From Squalus acanthias (lineage: Eukaryota): a stretch of 64,000 bases of DNA. Below, in pieces: positions 34,801 through 48,229 of the stretch (position 1 is its first letter; each line of letters begins with the position of its first letter). Made by a program: the position numbers and the translations under genes. The notes beneath the pieces were generated by a model that was not told the origin of the DNA, made no database searches, and saw nothing but the letters and a program-made list of their open reading frames with translations. The stretch is from positions 372,001 to 436,000 of the forward strand of contig JASTWF010000329.1 of assembly GCA_030390025.1 (NCBI GenBank), written 5' to 3'.

Positions 34801-37800
34801 TCCCCAAGGAGGACACTCGCCCTCTTTACCTGGTTCCCCTCCAAGGAGGACACTCGCCCTCTTTGCCTGGTTCCCCTCCAAGGAGGACACACGCCCTCTT
34901 TACCTGGTTCCCCTCCAAGGAGGACACACACCCTCTTTACCTGGTTCCCCTCCAAGGAGGACACACGCCCTCTTTGCCTGGTTCCCCTCCAAGGAGGACA
35001 CACGCCCTCTTTACCTGGTTCCCCAAGGAGGACACACGCCCTCTTTGCCTGGTTCCCCAAGGAGGACACTCGCCCTCTTTACCTGGTTCCCCTCCAAGGA
35101 GGACACTCGCCCTCTTTACCTGGTTCCCCAAGGAGGACACACGCCCTCTTTACCTGGTTCCCCACCAAGGAGGACACTCGCCCTCTTTGCCTGGTTCCCC
35201 TCCAAGGAGGACACTCGCCCTCTTTGCCTGGTTCCCCAAGGAGGACACACACCCTCTTTACCTGGTTCCCCACCAAGGAGGACACACGCCCTCTTTACCT
35301 GGTTCCCCACCAAGGAGGACAATCGCCCTCTTTGCCTGGTTCCCCTCCAAGGAGGACACTCGCCCTCTTTGCCTGGTTCCCCAAGGAGGACACTCGCCCT
35401 CTTTACCTGGTTCCCCTCCAAGGAGGACACTCGCCCTCTTTGCCTGGTTCCCCAAGGAGGACACTCGCCCTCTTTACCTGGTTCCCCAAGGAGGACACAC
35501 GCCCTCTTTACCTGGTTCCCCTCCAAGGAGGACACTCACCCTCTTTGCCTGGTTCCCCAAGGAGGACACTCGCCCTCTTTGCCTGGTTCCCCAAGGAGGA
35601 CACTCACCCTCTTTACCTGGTTCCCCTCCAAGGAGGACACTCGCCCTCTTTGCCTGGTTCCCCTCCAAGGAGGACACACACCCTCTTTGCCTGGTTCCCC
35701 TCCAAGGAGGACACACATCCTCTTTGCCTGGTTCCCCAAGGAGGACACTCGCCCTCTTTGCCTGGTTCCCCTCCAAGGAGGACACTCGCCCTCTTTGCCT
35801 GGTTCCCCAAGGAGGACACTCGCCCTCTTTACCTGGTTCCCCAAGGAGGACACACGCCCTCTTTAGTTGGTTCCCCTCCAAGGAGGACACACACCCTCTT
35901 TGCCTGGTTCCCCAAGGAGGACACACACCCTCTTTGCCTGGTTCCCGTCCAAGGAGGACACACACCCTCTTTGCCTGGTTCCCCTCCAAGTAGGACACAC
36001 GCCCTCTTTGCCTGGTTCCCCTCCAAGGAGGACACTCGCCCTCTTTATCTGGTTCCCCAAGGAGGACACTCGCCCTCTTTGCCTGGTTCCCCTCCAAGGA
36101 GGACACACGCCCTCTTTATCTGGTTCCCCAAGGAGGACACTCGCCCTCTTTACCTGGTTCCCCTCCAAGGAGGACACTCGCCCTCTTTACCTGGTTCCCC
36201 AAGGAGGACACACACCCTCTTTGCCTGGTTCCCGAAGGAGGACACTCGCCCTCTTTGCCTGGTTCCCCAAGGAGGACACTCGCCCTCTTTACCTGGTTCC
36301 CCAAGGAGGACACTCGCCCTCTTTACCTGGTTCTCCAAGGAGGACACACACCCTCTTTACCTGGTTCCCCTCCAAGGAGGACACTCACCCTCTTTGCCTG
36401 GTTCCCCAAGGAGGACACACACCCTCTTTGCCTGGTTCCCCTCCAAGGAGGACACACACCCTCTTTGCCTGGTTCCCCAAGGAGGACACTCGCCCTCTTT
36501 ACCTGGTTCCCCTCCAAGGAGGACACTCGCCCTCTTTGCCTGGTTCCCCTCCAAGGAGGACACACGCCCTCTTTACCTGGTTCCCCTCCAAGGAGGACAC
36601 ACACCCTCTTTACCTGGTTCCCCACCAAGGAGGACACACGCCCTCTTTGCCTGGTTCCCCTCCAAGGAGGACACACGCCCTCTTTGCCTGGTTCCCCTCC
36701 AAGGAGGACACTCACCCTCTTTGCCTGGTTCCCCTCCAAGGAGGACACTCGCCCTCTTTACCTGGTTCCCCTCCAGGGAGGACACTCGCCCTCTTTACCT
36801 GGTTCCCCAAGGAGGACACACGCCCTCTTTGCCTGGTTCCCCAAGGAGGACACTCGCCCTCTTTACCTGGTTCCCCTCCAAGGAGGACACTCGCCCTCTT
36901 TACCTGGTTCCCCAAGGAGGACACACGCCCTCTTTACCTGGTTCCCCACCAAGGAGGACACTCGCCCTCTTTGCCTGGTTCCCCTCCAAGGAGGACACTC
37001 GCCCTCTTTGCCTGGTTCCCCAAGGAGGACACACGCCCTCTTTACCTGGTTCCCCACCAAGGAGGACACACGCCCTCTTTAACTGGTTCCCCACCAAGGA
37101 GGACACTCGCCCTCTTTGCCTGGTTCCCCTCCAAGGAGGACACTCGCCCTCTTTGCCTGGTTCCCCAAGGAGGACACTCGCCCTCTTTACCTGGTTCCCC
37201 CAAGGAGGACACACGCCCTCTTTACCTGGTTCCCCTCCAAGGAGGACACACACCCTCTTTGCCTGGTTCCCCAAGGAGGACACTCGCCCTCTTTGCCTGG
37301 TTCCCCAAGGAGGACACTCGCCCTCTTTACCTGGTTCCCCTCCAAGGAGGACACTCGCCCTCTTTGCCTGGTTCCCCTCCAAGGAGGACACACACCCTCT
37401 TTGCCTGGTTCCCCTCTAAGGAGGACGCACACCCTCTTTGCCTGGTTCCCCAAGGAGGACACTCGCCCTCTTTGCCTGGTTCCCCTCCAAGGAGGACACA
37501 CACCCTCTTTGCCTGGTTCCCCTCCAAGGAGGACACACGCCCTCTTTGCCTGGTTCCCCAAGGAGGACACTCGCCCTCTTTGCCTGGTTCCCCTCCAAGG
37601 AGGACACTCGCCCTCTTTATCTGGTTCCCCAAGGAGGACACACGCCCTCTTTACCTTGTTCCCCTCCAAGGAGGACACTCGCCCTCTTTACCTGGTTCCC
37701 CTCCAAGGAGGACACTCGCCCTCTTTGCCTGGTTCCCCAAGGAGGACACACACCCTCTTTGCCTGGTTCCCCAAGGAGGACACTCGCCCTCTTTGCCTGG

Positions 37801-40800
37801 TTCCCCTCCAAGGAGGACACTCGCCCTCTTTACCTGGTTCTCCAAGGAGGACACACACCCTCTTTACCTGGTTCCCCTCCAAGGAGGACACTCACCCTCT
37901 TTGCCTGGTTCCCCTCCAAGGAGGACACTCGCCCTCTTTGCCTGGTTCCCCAAGGAGGACACTCGCCCTCTTTACCTGGTTCCCCTCCAAGGAGGACACT
38001 CGCCCTCTTTGCCTGGTTCCCGTCCAAGGAGGACACACGCCCTCTTTACCTGGTTCCCCTCCAAGGAGGACACACACCCTCTTTACCTGGTTCCCCTCCA
38101 AGGAGGACACACGCCCTCTTTGCCTGGTTCCCCTCCAAGGAGGACACACGCCCTCTTTGCCTGGTTCCCCAAGGAGGACACTCGCCCTCTTTACCTGGTT
38201 CACCTCCAAGGAGGACACTCGCCCTCTTTACCTGGTTCCCCAAGGAGGACACTCGCCCTCTTTACCTGGTTCCCCAAGGAGGACACACGCCCTCTTTACC
38301 TGGTTCCCCACCAAGGAGGACACTCGCCCTCTTTGCCTGGTTCCCCTCCAAGGAGGACACTCGCCCTCTTTGCCTGGTTCCCCAAGGAGGACACACGCCC
38401 TCTTTACCTGGTTCCCCACATAGGAGGACACACGCCCTCTTTACCTGGTTCCCCACCAAGGAGGACAATCGCCCTCTTTGCCTGGTTCCCCTCCAAGGAG
38501 GACACTCGCCCTCTTTGCCTGGTTCCCCAAGGAGGACCCTCGCCCTCTTTACCTGGTTCCCCTCCAAGGAGGACACTCGCCCTCTTTGCCTGGTTCCCCA
38601 AGGAGGACACTCGCCCTCTTTGCCTGGTTCCCCAAGGAGGACACTCGCCCTCTTTGCCTGGTTCCCCTCCAAGGAGGACACACACCCTCTTTGCCTGGTT
38701 CCCCTCCAAGGAGGACACACATCCTCTTTGCCTGGTTCCCCAAGGAGGACACTCGCCCTCTTTACCTGGTTCCCCAAGGAGGACACTCGCCCTCTTTGCC
38801 TGGTTCCCCTCCAAGGAGGACACTCGCCCTCTTTGCCTGGTTCCCCAAGGAGGACACTCGCCCTCTTTACCTGGTTCCCCAAGGAGGACACACGCCCTCT
38901 TTAGTTGGTTCCCCTCCAAGGAGGACACACACCCTCTTTGCCTGGTTCCCCAAGGAGGACACTCGCCCTCTTTGCCTGGTTCCCCAAAGAGGACACTCGC
39001 CCTCTTTACCTGGTTCCCCTCCAAGGAGGACACACGCCCTCTTTGCCTGGTTCCCCTCCAAGGAGGACACACACCCTCTTTGCCTGGTTCCCCAAGGAGG
39101 ACACTCGCCCTCTTTGCCTGGTTCCCCAAGGAGGACACTCGCCCTCTTTGCCTGGTTCCCCTCCAAGGAGGACACACACCCTCTTTGCCTGGTTCCCCTC
39201 CAAGGAGGACACACACCCTCTTTGCCTGGTTCCCCAAGGAGGACACTCGCCCTCTTTGCCTGGTTCCCCTCCAAGGAGGACACACACCCTCTTTGCCTGG
39301 TTCCCCTCCAAGGAGGACACACACCCTCTTTGCCTGGTTCCCCAAGGAGGACACTCGCCCTCTTTGCCTGGTTCCCCTCCAAGGAGGACACACACCCTCT
39401 TTGCCTGGTTCCCCTCCAAGGAGGACACACGCCCTCTTTGCCTGGTTCCCAAGGAGGACACTCGCCCTCTTTGCCTGGTTCCCCTCCAAGGAGGACACTC
39501 GCCCTCTTTATCTGGTTCCCCAAGGAGGACACTCGCCCTCTTTGCCTGGTTCCCCTCCAAGGAGGACACACGCCCTCTTTATCTGGTTCCCCAAGGAGGA
39601 CACACGCCCTCTTTACCTTGTTCCCCTCCAAGGAGGACACTCGCCCTCTTTACCTGGTTCCCCTCCAAGGAGGACACTCGCCCTCTTTGCCTGGTTCTCC
39701 AAGGAGGACACTCGCCCTCTTTACCTGGTTCCCCTCCAAGGAGGACACTCGCCCTCTTTACCTGGTTCCCCAAGGAGGACACACACCCTCTTTGCCTGGT
39801 TCCCCAAGGAGGACACTCGCCCTCTTTGCCTGGTTCCCCAAGGAGGACACTCGCCCTCTTTACCTGGTTCCCCAAGGAGGACACTCGCCCTCTTTACCTG
39901 GTTCTCCAAGGAGGACACACACCCTCTTTACCTGGTTCCCCTCCAAGGAGGACACTCACCCTCTTTGCCTGGTTCCCCAAGGAGGACACTCGCCCTCTTT
40001 ACCTGGTTCCCCTCCAAGGAGGACACTCGCCCTCTTTGCCTGGTTCCCCTCCAAGGAGGACACACGCCCTCTTTACCTGGTTCCCCTCCAAGGAGGACAC
40101 ACACCCTCTTTACCTGGTTCCCCTCCAAGGAGGACACACGCCCTCTTTGCCTGGTTCCCCTCCAAGGAGGACACACGCCCTCTTTACCTGGTTCCCCTCC
40201 AAGAAGGACACACACCCTCTTTACCTGGTTCCCCTCCAAGGAGGACACTCGCCCTCTTTGCCTGGTTCCACTCCAAGGAGGTCACTCGCCCTCTTTGCCT
40301 GGTTCCCCAAGGAGGACACTCGCCCTCTTTACCTGGTTCCCCTCCAAGGAGGACACTCGCCCTCTTTACCTGGTTCCCCTCCAAGGAGGACACAGGCCCT
40401 CTTTGCCTGGTTCCCCTCCAAGGAGGACACACACCCTCTTTGCCTGGTATCCCTCCAAGGAGGACACTCGCCCTCTTTACCTGGTTCCCCTCCAAGGAGG
40501 ACACTCGCCCTCTTTACCTGGTTCCCCTCCAAGGAGGACACTCGCCCTCTTTGCCTGGTTCCCCAAGGAGGACCCACACCCTCTTTACCTGGTTCCCCTC
40601 CAAGGAGGACCCACACCCTCTTTACCTGGTTCCCCTCCAAGGAGGACACTCGCCCTCTTTACCTGGTTCCCCAAGGAGGACACACACGCTCTTTGCCTGG
40701 TTTCCCTCCAAGGAGGACACTCGCCCTCTTTACCTGGTTCCCCTCCAAGGAGGACACTCGCCCTCTTTACCTGGTTCCCCTCCAAGGAGGACACTCGCCC

Positions 40801-43504
40801 TCTTTACCTGGTTCCCCTCCAAGGAGGACACACACCCTCTTTACCTGGTTCCCCTCCAAGGAGGACACACATCCTCTTTGCCTGGTTTCCCTCCAAGGAG
40901 GGGACACACCCTCTTTGCCTGGTTCCCCAAGGAGGACACACACCGTCTTTGCCTGGTTCCCCAAGGAGGACACTCGCCCTCTTTACCTGGTTCCCCTCCA
41001 AGGAGGACACTCGCCCTCTTTACCTGGTTCCCCAAGGAGGACACTCGCCCTCTTTGCCTGGTTCCCCTCCAAGGAGGACACTCGCCCTCTTTGCCTGGTT
41101 CCCCTCCAAGGAGGACACTCGCCCTCTTTGCCTGGTTCCCCTCCAAGGAGGACACACACCCTCTTTACCTGGTTCCCCTCCAAGGAGGACACACGCCCTC
41201 TTTACCTGGTTCCCCTCCAGGGAGGACACTCGCCCTCTTTGCCTGGTTCCCCAAGGAGGACACTCGCCCTCTTTGCCTGGTTCCCCTCCAAGGAGGACAC
41301 TCGCCCTCTTTACCTGGTTCCCCTCCAGGGAGGACACTCGCCCTCTTTACCTGGTTCCCCTCCAGGGAGGACACTCGCCCTCTTTACCTGGTTCCCCAAG
41401 GAGGACACTCGCCCTCTTTACCTGGTTCCCCTCCAAGGAGGACACTCGCCCTCTTTCCCTGGTTCCCCTCCAAGGAGGACACACACCCTCTTTGCCTGGT
41501 TCCCCAAGGAGGACACTCGCCCTCTTTGCCTGGTTCCCCAAGGAGGACACAGGCCCTCTTTACCTGGTTCCCCAAGGAGGACACACGCCCTCTTTGCCTG
41601 GTTCCCCAAGGAGGACACTCGCCCTCTTTGCCTGGTTCCCCTCCAAGGAGGACACTCGCCCTCTTTACCTGGTTCCCCTCCAAGGAGGACACTCGCCCTC
41701 TTTACCTGGTTCCCCTCCAAGGAGGACACTCGCCCTCTTTGCCTGGTTCCCCTCCAAGGAGGACACACACCCTCTTTACCTGGTTCCCCTCCAAGGAGGA
41801 CACTCGCCCTCTTTGCCTGGTTCCCCAAGGAGGACACTCGCCCTCTTTGCCTGGTTCCCCTCCAAGGAGGACACTCGCCCTCTTTGCCTGGTTCCCCTCC
41901 AAGGAGGACACACGCCCTCTTTACCTGGTTCCCCTCCAAGGAGGACACACACCCTCTTTACCTGGTTCCCCTCCAAGGAGGACACTCGCCCTCTTTGCCT
42001 GGTTCCACTCCAAGGAGGACACTCGCCCTCTTTGCCTGGTTCCCCAAGGAGGACACTCGCCCTCTTTACCTGGTTCCCCAAGGAGGACACACGCCCTCTT
42101 TGCCTGGTTCCCCTCCAAGGAGGACACACGCCCTCTTTACCTGGTTCCCCTCCAAGGAGGACACACACCCTCTTTACCTGGTTCCCCTCCAAGGAGGACA
42201 CTCGCCCTCTTTGCCTGGTTCCACTCCAAGGAGGACACTCGCCCTCTTTGCCTGGTTCCCCAAGGAGGACACTCGCCCTCTTTACCTGGTTCCCCTCCAA
42301 GGAGGACACTCGCCCTCTTTGCCTGGTTCCCCTCCAAGGAGGACACACACCCTCTTTGCCTGGTTCCCCAAGGAGGACACTCGCCCTCTTTACCTGGTTC
42401 CCCTCCAAGGAGGACACTCGCCCTCTTTACCTGGTTCCCCTCCAAGGAGGACACACGCCCTCTTTGCCTGGTTCCCCTCCAAGGAGGACACACACCCTCT
42501 TTGCCTGGTATCCCTCCAAGGAGGACACTCGCCCTCTTTACCTGGTTCCCCTCCAAGGAGGACACTCGCCCTCTTTACCTGGTTCCCCTCCAAGGAGGAC
42601 ACTCGCCCTCTTTGCCTGGTTCCCCAAGGAGGACACACACCCTCTTTACCTGGTTCCCCTCCAAGGAGGACACACACCCTCTTTGCCTGGTTTCCCTCCA
42701 AGGAGGACACTCGCCCTCTTTACCTGGTTCCCCTCCAAGGAGGACACTCGCCCTCTTTGCCTGGTTCCCCAAGGAGGACACTCGCCCTCTTTACCTGGTT
42801 CCCCTCCAAGGAGGACACTCGCCCTCTTTGCCTGGTCCCCTCCAAGGAGGACACTCGCCCTCTTTGCCTGGTTCCCCTCCAAGGAGGACACACACCCTCT
42901 TTACCTGGTTCCCCTCCAAGGAGGACACACGCCCTCTTTGCCTGGTTCCCCAAGGAGGACACTCGCCCTCTTTACCTGGTTCCTCCAAGGAGGACACACA
43001 CCCTCTTTACCTGGTACCCCTCCAAGGAGGACACTCGCCCTCTTTACCTGGTTCCCCAAGGAGGACACTCGCCCTCTTTGCCTGGTTCCCCTCCAAGGAG
43101 GACACTCGCCCTCTTTACCTGGTTCCCCTCCAAGGAGGACACTCGCCCTCTTTGCCTGGTTCCCCAAGGAGGACACAGGCCCTCTTTACCTGGTTCCCCA
43201 AGGAGGACACTCGCCCTCTTTGCCTGGTTCCCCTCCAAGGAGGACACTCGCCCTCTTTACCTGGTTCCCCTCCAAGGAGGACACTCGCCCTCTTTGCCTG
43301 GTTCCCCAAGGAGGACACACACCCTCTTTACCTGGTTCCCCCAAGGAGGACACACGCCCTCTTTGCCTGGTTCCCCTCCAAGGAGGACACACTCCCTCTT
43401 TGCCTGGTTCCCTCCAAGGAGGACACTCGCCCTCTTCGCCTGGTTCCCCTCCAAGGAGGACACTCGCCCTCTTTACCTGGTTCCCCTCCAAGGAGGACAC
43501 ACAC
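31897..43504. repeat. 11.6-kb satellite of interspersed 37- and 34-bp units (roughly 320-330 units, estimated)
   Basis: Consensus cctggttccc(ctc)caaggaggacac[t/a]c[g/a]ccctcttt[g/a]. Confidence 0.97.
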
Positions 43505-43690
43505 CTCAGTCCGTCTCCACCACTCGCACTGCACATGCTCAGAGCACAGTCCAGTGATGAGCCGGCGCATTAGGATCGGGTTGTCATTGATGGGGCCCAT
43601 TCTGACGCGTCATGAATTCTGGGTAAAGAATTGAAACCCTGAATTGGTGAAGAGAAAATTCATTTATCTGTCGTCCGATTGAGATTGGGC
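43505..43690 (-). promoter_or_regulatory. Promoter/TSS-like segment homologous to 10230-10400, pointing into the satellite
   Basis: Minus strand tgcgccggctcatcactggactgtgctctgagcatgtgcagtgcgagtggtg versus plus 10349-10401 gtgcgccggcgcagtaactgggtgtgctctgagcatgcgcagtgcgtgtggtg. Confidence 0.55.
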
Positions 43691-43799
43691 CATTTTTCTC
43701 CACCTGTAGGGGTGACACTAAGTTACCCCAGTGACACCAGACGGGAGCAAAAACCATTAAGCCCAGTGCCCCAGTGCCCCACAGATATTAAACACACAA

Positions 43800-44435
43800 T
43801 AACGGGTTACTTGGGTTTATAAACAGAGGAATAGAATATAAAAGCAAAGAGATGATGCTGGAACTTCATCAATCACAGGTTAGGCCTCAGCTGGAGTGTT
43901 GTGGACAATTCTGGGCCCCACACTTGAGGAAAGGTGTAAAGGCCTTAGAAAGGGCCCAGAGGAGGTTTACCAGGATGATACCAGGGATGTGGGACTTCAG
44001 TTATGAGGAGAGGTTGGGAAAGTTAGGACTGTTCTCCTCGGAACAGAGAAGGTTCAGAGGTGACTTAATAGAGGTTTTCAGGATGATGAGAGATTTTGAC
44101 AGAATAAATAGGGAAAGAAACATTCCCTCTGGCGAGTGGGTCAATAACTAGAGGTCAAAGATTCAAAAATATTGTCAAAAGATCTGGAGGAGAGATGAGG
44201 AGAAATGTTTCCACTCAGAGAGTTGTGGGGATCTGGAACGCTCGACCTGAAAAGATGGTGGAAGCTGATTCCGTTAATAATTGTAAAGCAGAGTTGGACG
44301 GGAACTTGAGCAACTGACAGGGTTATGGACAGAAAGTGAGGATGTGGAACTAAACACGACGACTCTTTCAAAGAGCCGGCACAGGCACGACGGGCCGAAT
44401 GGCCTCCTTCTGTGCTGTAAGTTTCTATGAATCTA
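43800..44435 (+). mobile_element. Old CR1 3' fragment
   Basis: RPQLECCGQFWAPHL; CR1 3' tail. Confidence 0.85.
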
Positions 44436-44524
44436 TTCGATGAATAATAACTGTGAACAATACAGCGACACTCACCAATAATAATTCAATCATAATGTGA
44501 TTGTGAGGATCGATTATCGCCTCT

Positions 44525-45055
44525 TTAACCTTCCGTGCCCACCGGTCGAGGAAGGTATCAAGTGAACCGGTGGACACCGCCTGCTCCCTCTCCAGGGCCA
44601 CCCGGGCAGGGACAAGACCACGGGAGAGAGGCAGGCAGCCAGAGTGACCCCCCCATGGGCCCCGCCCATCCTGGGCCTACAAATTGCTGTTTTCGCCAGG
44701 CCCAAGAGCAGGTCCAGGAGAAGATCCTCCGACTTACCCACCCCCCTCCGCACCGGGCGGCCAAAGATCAGGAGCGTGGGGCTAAAGTGTAACCAAGAGT
44801 TGAGGAGCAGCCCCTTCAGGTAACTGTACAGGGGCTGCAACCTCTCACACTGAATATATACACGGCCCGTGGACTCCTCTAGGCCGCAAAAAACACATCT
44901 GGCCTTGGAGTCCGGAAAGGAGCTTAAAAACTGTTGCACACGACAGCTCCTTGCAACAGTCTCCACCCCAGATCCCCAATGGTGCAGGGAAGGACCCCCG
45001 CGTAGAGAGCCCTCCATTGGGGAACCTCGCCTCCGCCAGACAGCAAGATGACCCG
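44525..45055 (-). mobile_element. Degenerate Tx1-type fragment
   Basis: CVFCGLEES...CERLQPLYSYLKGLLLNSWLHFSPTLLI matches the C-terminus of ORF 8-1855. Confidence 0.85.
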
Positions 45056-45394
45056 CCAGTCTGATTGAGATTGGGCAATAAACTAAATTAATCAATAAAT
45101 GATACAGAAACCTGAGTCCCCGGGTCCTCAGCCCTGGTGTGAAGTACGCTGGCCGCCAATTTTCCGTTACTAACTCACACCTCAGGCCCCGCCCAGTCTG
45201 GTTTAATTACTAAATGTTTTCTAACTCGAGTTCAGGCCTGTCATTCTGACGGAAACTTACGAGGCCTCATTTTTGTGTGTGACCTACCTGAGAGGCTTTA
45301 ATAAACTGGCAATAAGATTTTATTTTAAAAGCAGGAAAGAGGTGAAAAACGCCACTGGCGATGCCTCAAAACTCACGGGACAGAGAAATCCACT

Positions 45395-46910
45395 TCATCA
45401 GCGCCCCTGCCACAGGACTCAATATCCACCCCCTCCACCACTGGTGCACTGTGTCTGCAGTATGTACGGTCCACAAGATGACCACGGTCAGGCCGTGTGG
45501 AGTCAAGGGCCAGGCAGCAGAATGGATGGAAAGATCACAACAAACTTCCCTTAACTCCAACCCTCTGATTTCTGTTTTGTAGCCAGCTTTCCATCCATTC
45601 TGCTGCCTGGCCCTTCACTCCACACGGCCTGACCTTGGTCATCTTCTAGATCATACAGACTGTTTATGGATAGCAAGCTGGTTACAAAACTGAAAACAGA
45701 GAGTAGGGGTTAAGACTGGGAAAAGGTGGGAAGTGGTGTTCTACAGGGATCGGTGCTGGGACCACTGTTATTCATCATTTACAGAAACGATTTGGACTCG
45801 GGAATCAGAAGTACAATTTCAAAATTTGTCGATGACACCAAATTGGGAGGAAGAGTTAATATTGAGGAAGACTGTGACAAAATCATGGGTTAAACTCCCT
45901 CCCTAACAGCACTGTGGGAGCACCTTCACCACACGGACTGCAGCGGTTCAAGAAGGCGGCTCACCACCACCTTCTCAAAGGCAACTAGGGATGGGCAATA
46001 AATGCTGGGCTTGCCAGCGACGCCCAGATCGAATATTAAAAAAATGCAAGAAGACATTAATAAGCTTCCAGAATGGGAGGGTAATTAGAAAATGAATTTT
46101 AAGATAGGTGGTGCATTTTGGTAGGAAGAATAAGGAGGCCACACACTACTGGGAAAATAAGAATCTAAATGGGGTCGAGGAGCAAAGTGATCTCGGGGTC
46201 CAGATACAGAAATCACTAAAAGTAGCGACGCAGGTTAATGAGGCCATAACAGGAGCAAACAATGGACTGGGGCTCATTTCTAGAGGGGTAGAATTGAAAA
46301 GCAGAGAAGTTATGTTAAACTTGTATCGAACCTTGGTTAGACCACACTTGGCGTACAGTGAACAGTTCTGGTCTCCATATTATAAAAAGGATATAGAGGC
46401 ACTGGAGAAGATGGAAAAAGGCTTTGCAAGGATGACCCGAGAACTGAGAGGATATATTTATCAGGAAAGGCTGAACAGGCTGGGGCTCTTTTCTCTAGAA
46501 TAAAGAGAAGGCCGATGGGTGACCTGATCGAAGTCTTTAAGATTATGAAAAGGTTATAGAGGGTGGACCTGGAGAAAATGTTTCCACTTGTGGGGGAGTC
46601 CAAAACTACAGGTCATAAATATAACACAGTCTCTAATAAATCCAATGGGGAATTCAGGAGAAACTTCTTTACCCAAAGAGAGGTAAGAATGTGGAACGTG
46701 CTACCACAAGGAGTAGTTGAGGCGAATAGCACAGCTGCATTCATGGGGAAGGTAGATAAGCACATGAGGGAGAAAGGAATAGAAGGATATGCTAATAGGG
46801 TTCGATGAAGAGTGGTGGGAGGAGACTCGTGTGGAGCAGAAACACCGGCATTGACCAGTTGGGCCGAATGGCCTGTTCCTGTGCTGTAGACTCTGTAATT
46901 CGATGTAACT
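45395..46910 (+). mobile_element. Degenerate CR1 with rearranged 5' end and a nested second-family LINE tail (about 45886-46045)
   Basis: RT remnants, RPHLAYSEQFWSP, CR1 3' UTR; local inversions at 45475-45715. Confidence 0.75.
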
Positions 46911-48229
46911 CTGTGTAACTATGTCTTCTGACTCCTGACACAGCTGGAAAAGCTTTTACTATTATTACCACAATTGTGCATCATCTTCATTTACAAATAT
47001 CTCTGAGCTTCTCTAATGGCTGCTTTTGTCTCCCTCAATTCTGGGTGATATTTGTCCCGATTCTTCTGTAAACTGAATTAATCTTGTTACAAACTGGATT
47101 CAATGTAAGACAGTTCGGGGAGTCAGGAATCATTCACCCCGAGACCTACGCTGGCCGGTAAAACCCCAGACGGTTCCTCAGTAAGGATTCCTCTGGTTCC
47201 TCAGCGTATATTTGTCAGGATAACGAAACCCAGCTTTGTTACAGTCCACTCCTGGAGGCCCCACTCCCTGAGCCTACAACCTTCAGCAGGTTCAGTGGTG
47301 GAGTTCCGCAGCGGGAGTGATCCCAGAGTAACTGTCGGGATCGCACCCCCGTGGATGTTCCGGGTCGTGTATTTTTAGTTATCCTGGTGTCTAACACACG
47401 CACATCAATAAAACAGGGAATTCCTGGAAACACGCTGCAGGTCCTTCTTTATCTGGAGATCAAATGTCTGTTGTATAATTGTACCAGCAGTTAACAGGCT
47501 CCTGTGAACTCCTCCCTCTGCTATTTTAATGCAGACTTTAACCAATTTATATTAAATGGGTTTATTTTAAATGAGTTAATGCCTGCCTTAAAATGGTAGA
47601 CTCAGGATTGTCAGACAAACATGTTAAATCTTCATAGAATAATTACCAGTCATTTTTTGACTGGAAACTTAAACCTGCCATTTCACTTTCAGTCAGGAAC
47701 AGATCGCAGTTTGACACCAATCTCTGATTTGACAGCATGTTTCCAGCATTCACCGTTGTTCTTCCTGACTCTAAACACAGTTGTAAAGGAGCCTTCTGTT
47801 CCGTGCCCAGGAGCTCTGAACCATGGCAGAGAGCGGCTGGGACACATTTCTTACAGGCCTCGAGATTAACCCGCACGGGGACTTTGCTGTCAGTGAAGAG
47901 AGACGAGAAAGACCAAAGTGCCGTTTGCCCCTCTCAGTGTGGCCCTGAAGGACTGTGTCCAGGCTGAAGTTCTGTTCCCGCCGTACGATCCTCCCCCAGA
48001 TTGTCCTTTCTGAGCTCCAGCCAGGTGATGCTAAACACGCAGGTGGGAACGACAAAAATCTACAACAATGTGTTTAAAACAAAGCTGACACATATCCAGA
48101 ATATTAAACTCCAGCCTAGTTATAGGGTTATTAACATCAGCAGAAACAAAGTCAAACTGTCGGAATGAACATGGTTCAGTCCTGGATGTGATTAACAGCA
48201 GCAACAACAGCAGAATCCAACCCCTACAG

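Noticed and set aside
31897..43504. CRISPR-like array (37-bp repeat with dyad)
   Set aside because: Units are contiguous with no unique spacers, there are no cas genes, and the context is vertebrate.
31821..43634. ORFs of 1100-2568 aa in the satellite
   Set aside because: The unit lacks stops in all three plus frames and unit lengths (34/37) are not multiples of three, so the same peptide cycles through every frame. This is an artefact of the repeat.
46930..48060. Possible unique exons downstream of ZNF E
   Set aside because: 46930-47100 resembles decayed CR1 on the minus strand. The remaining short ORFs show no recognisable domain.
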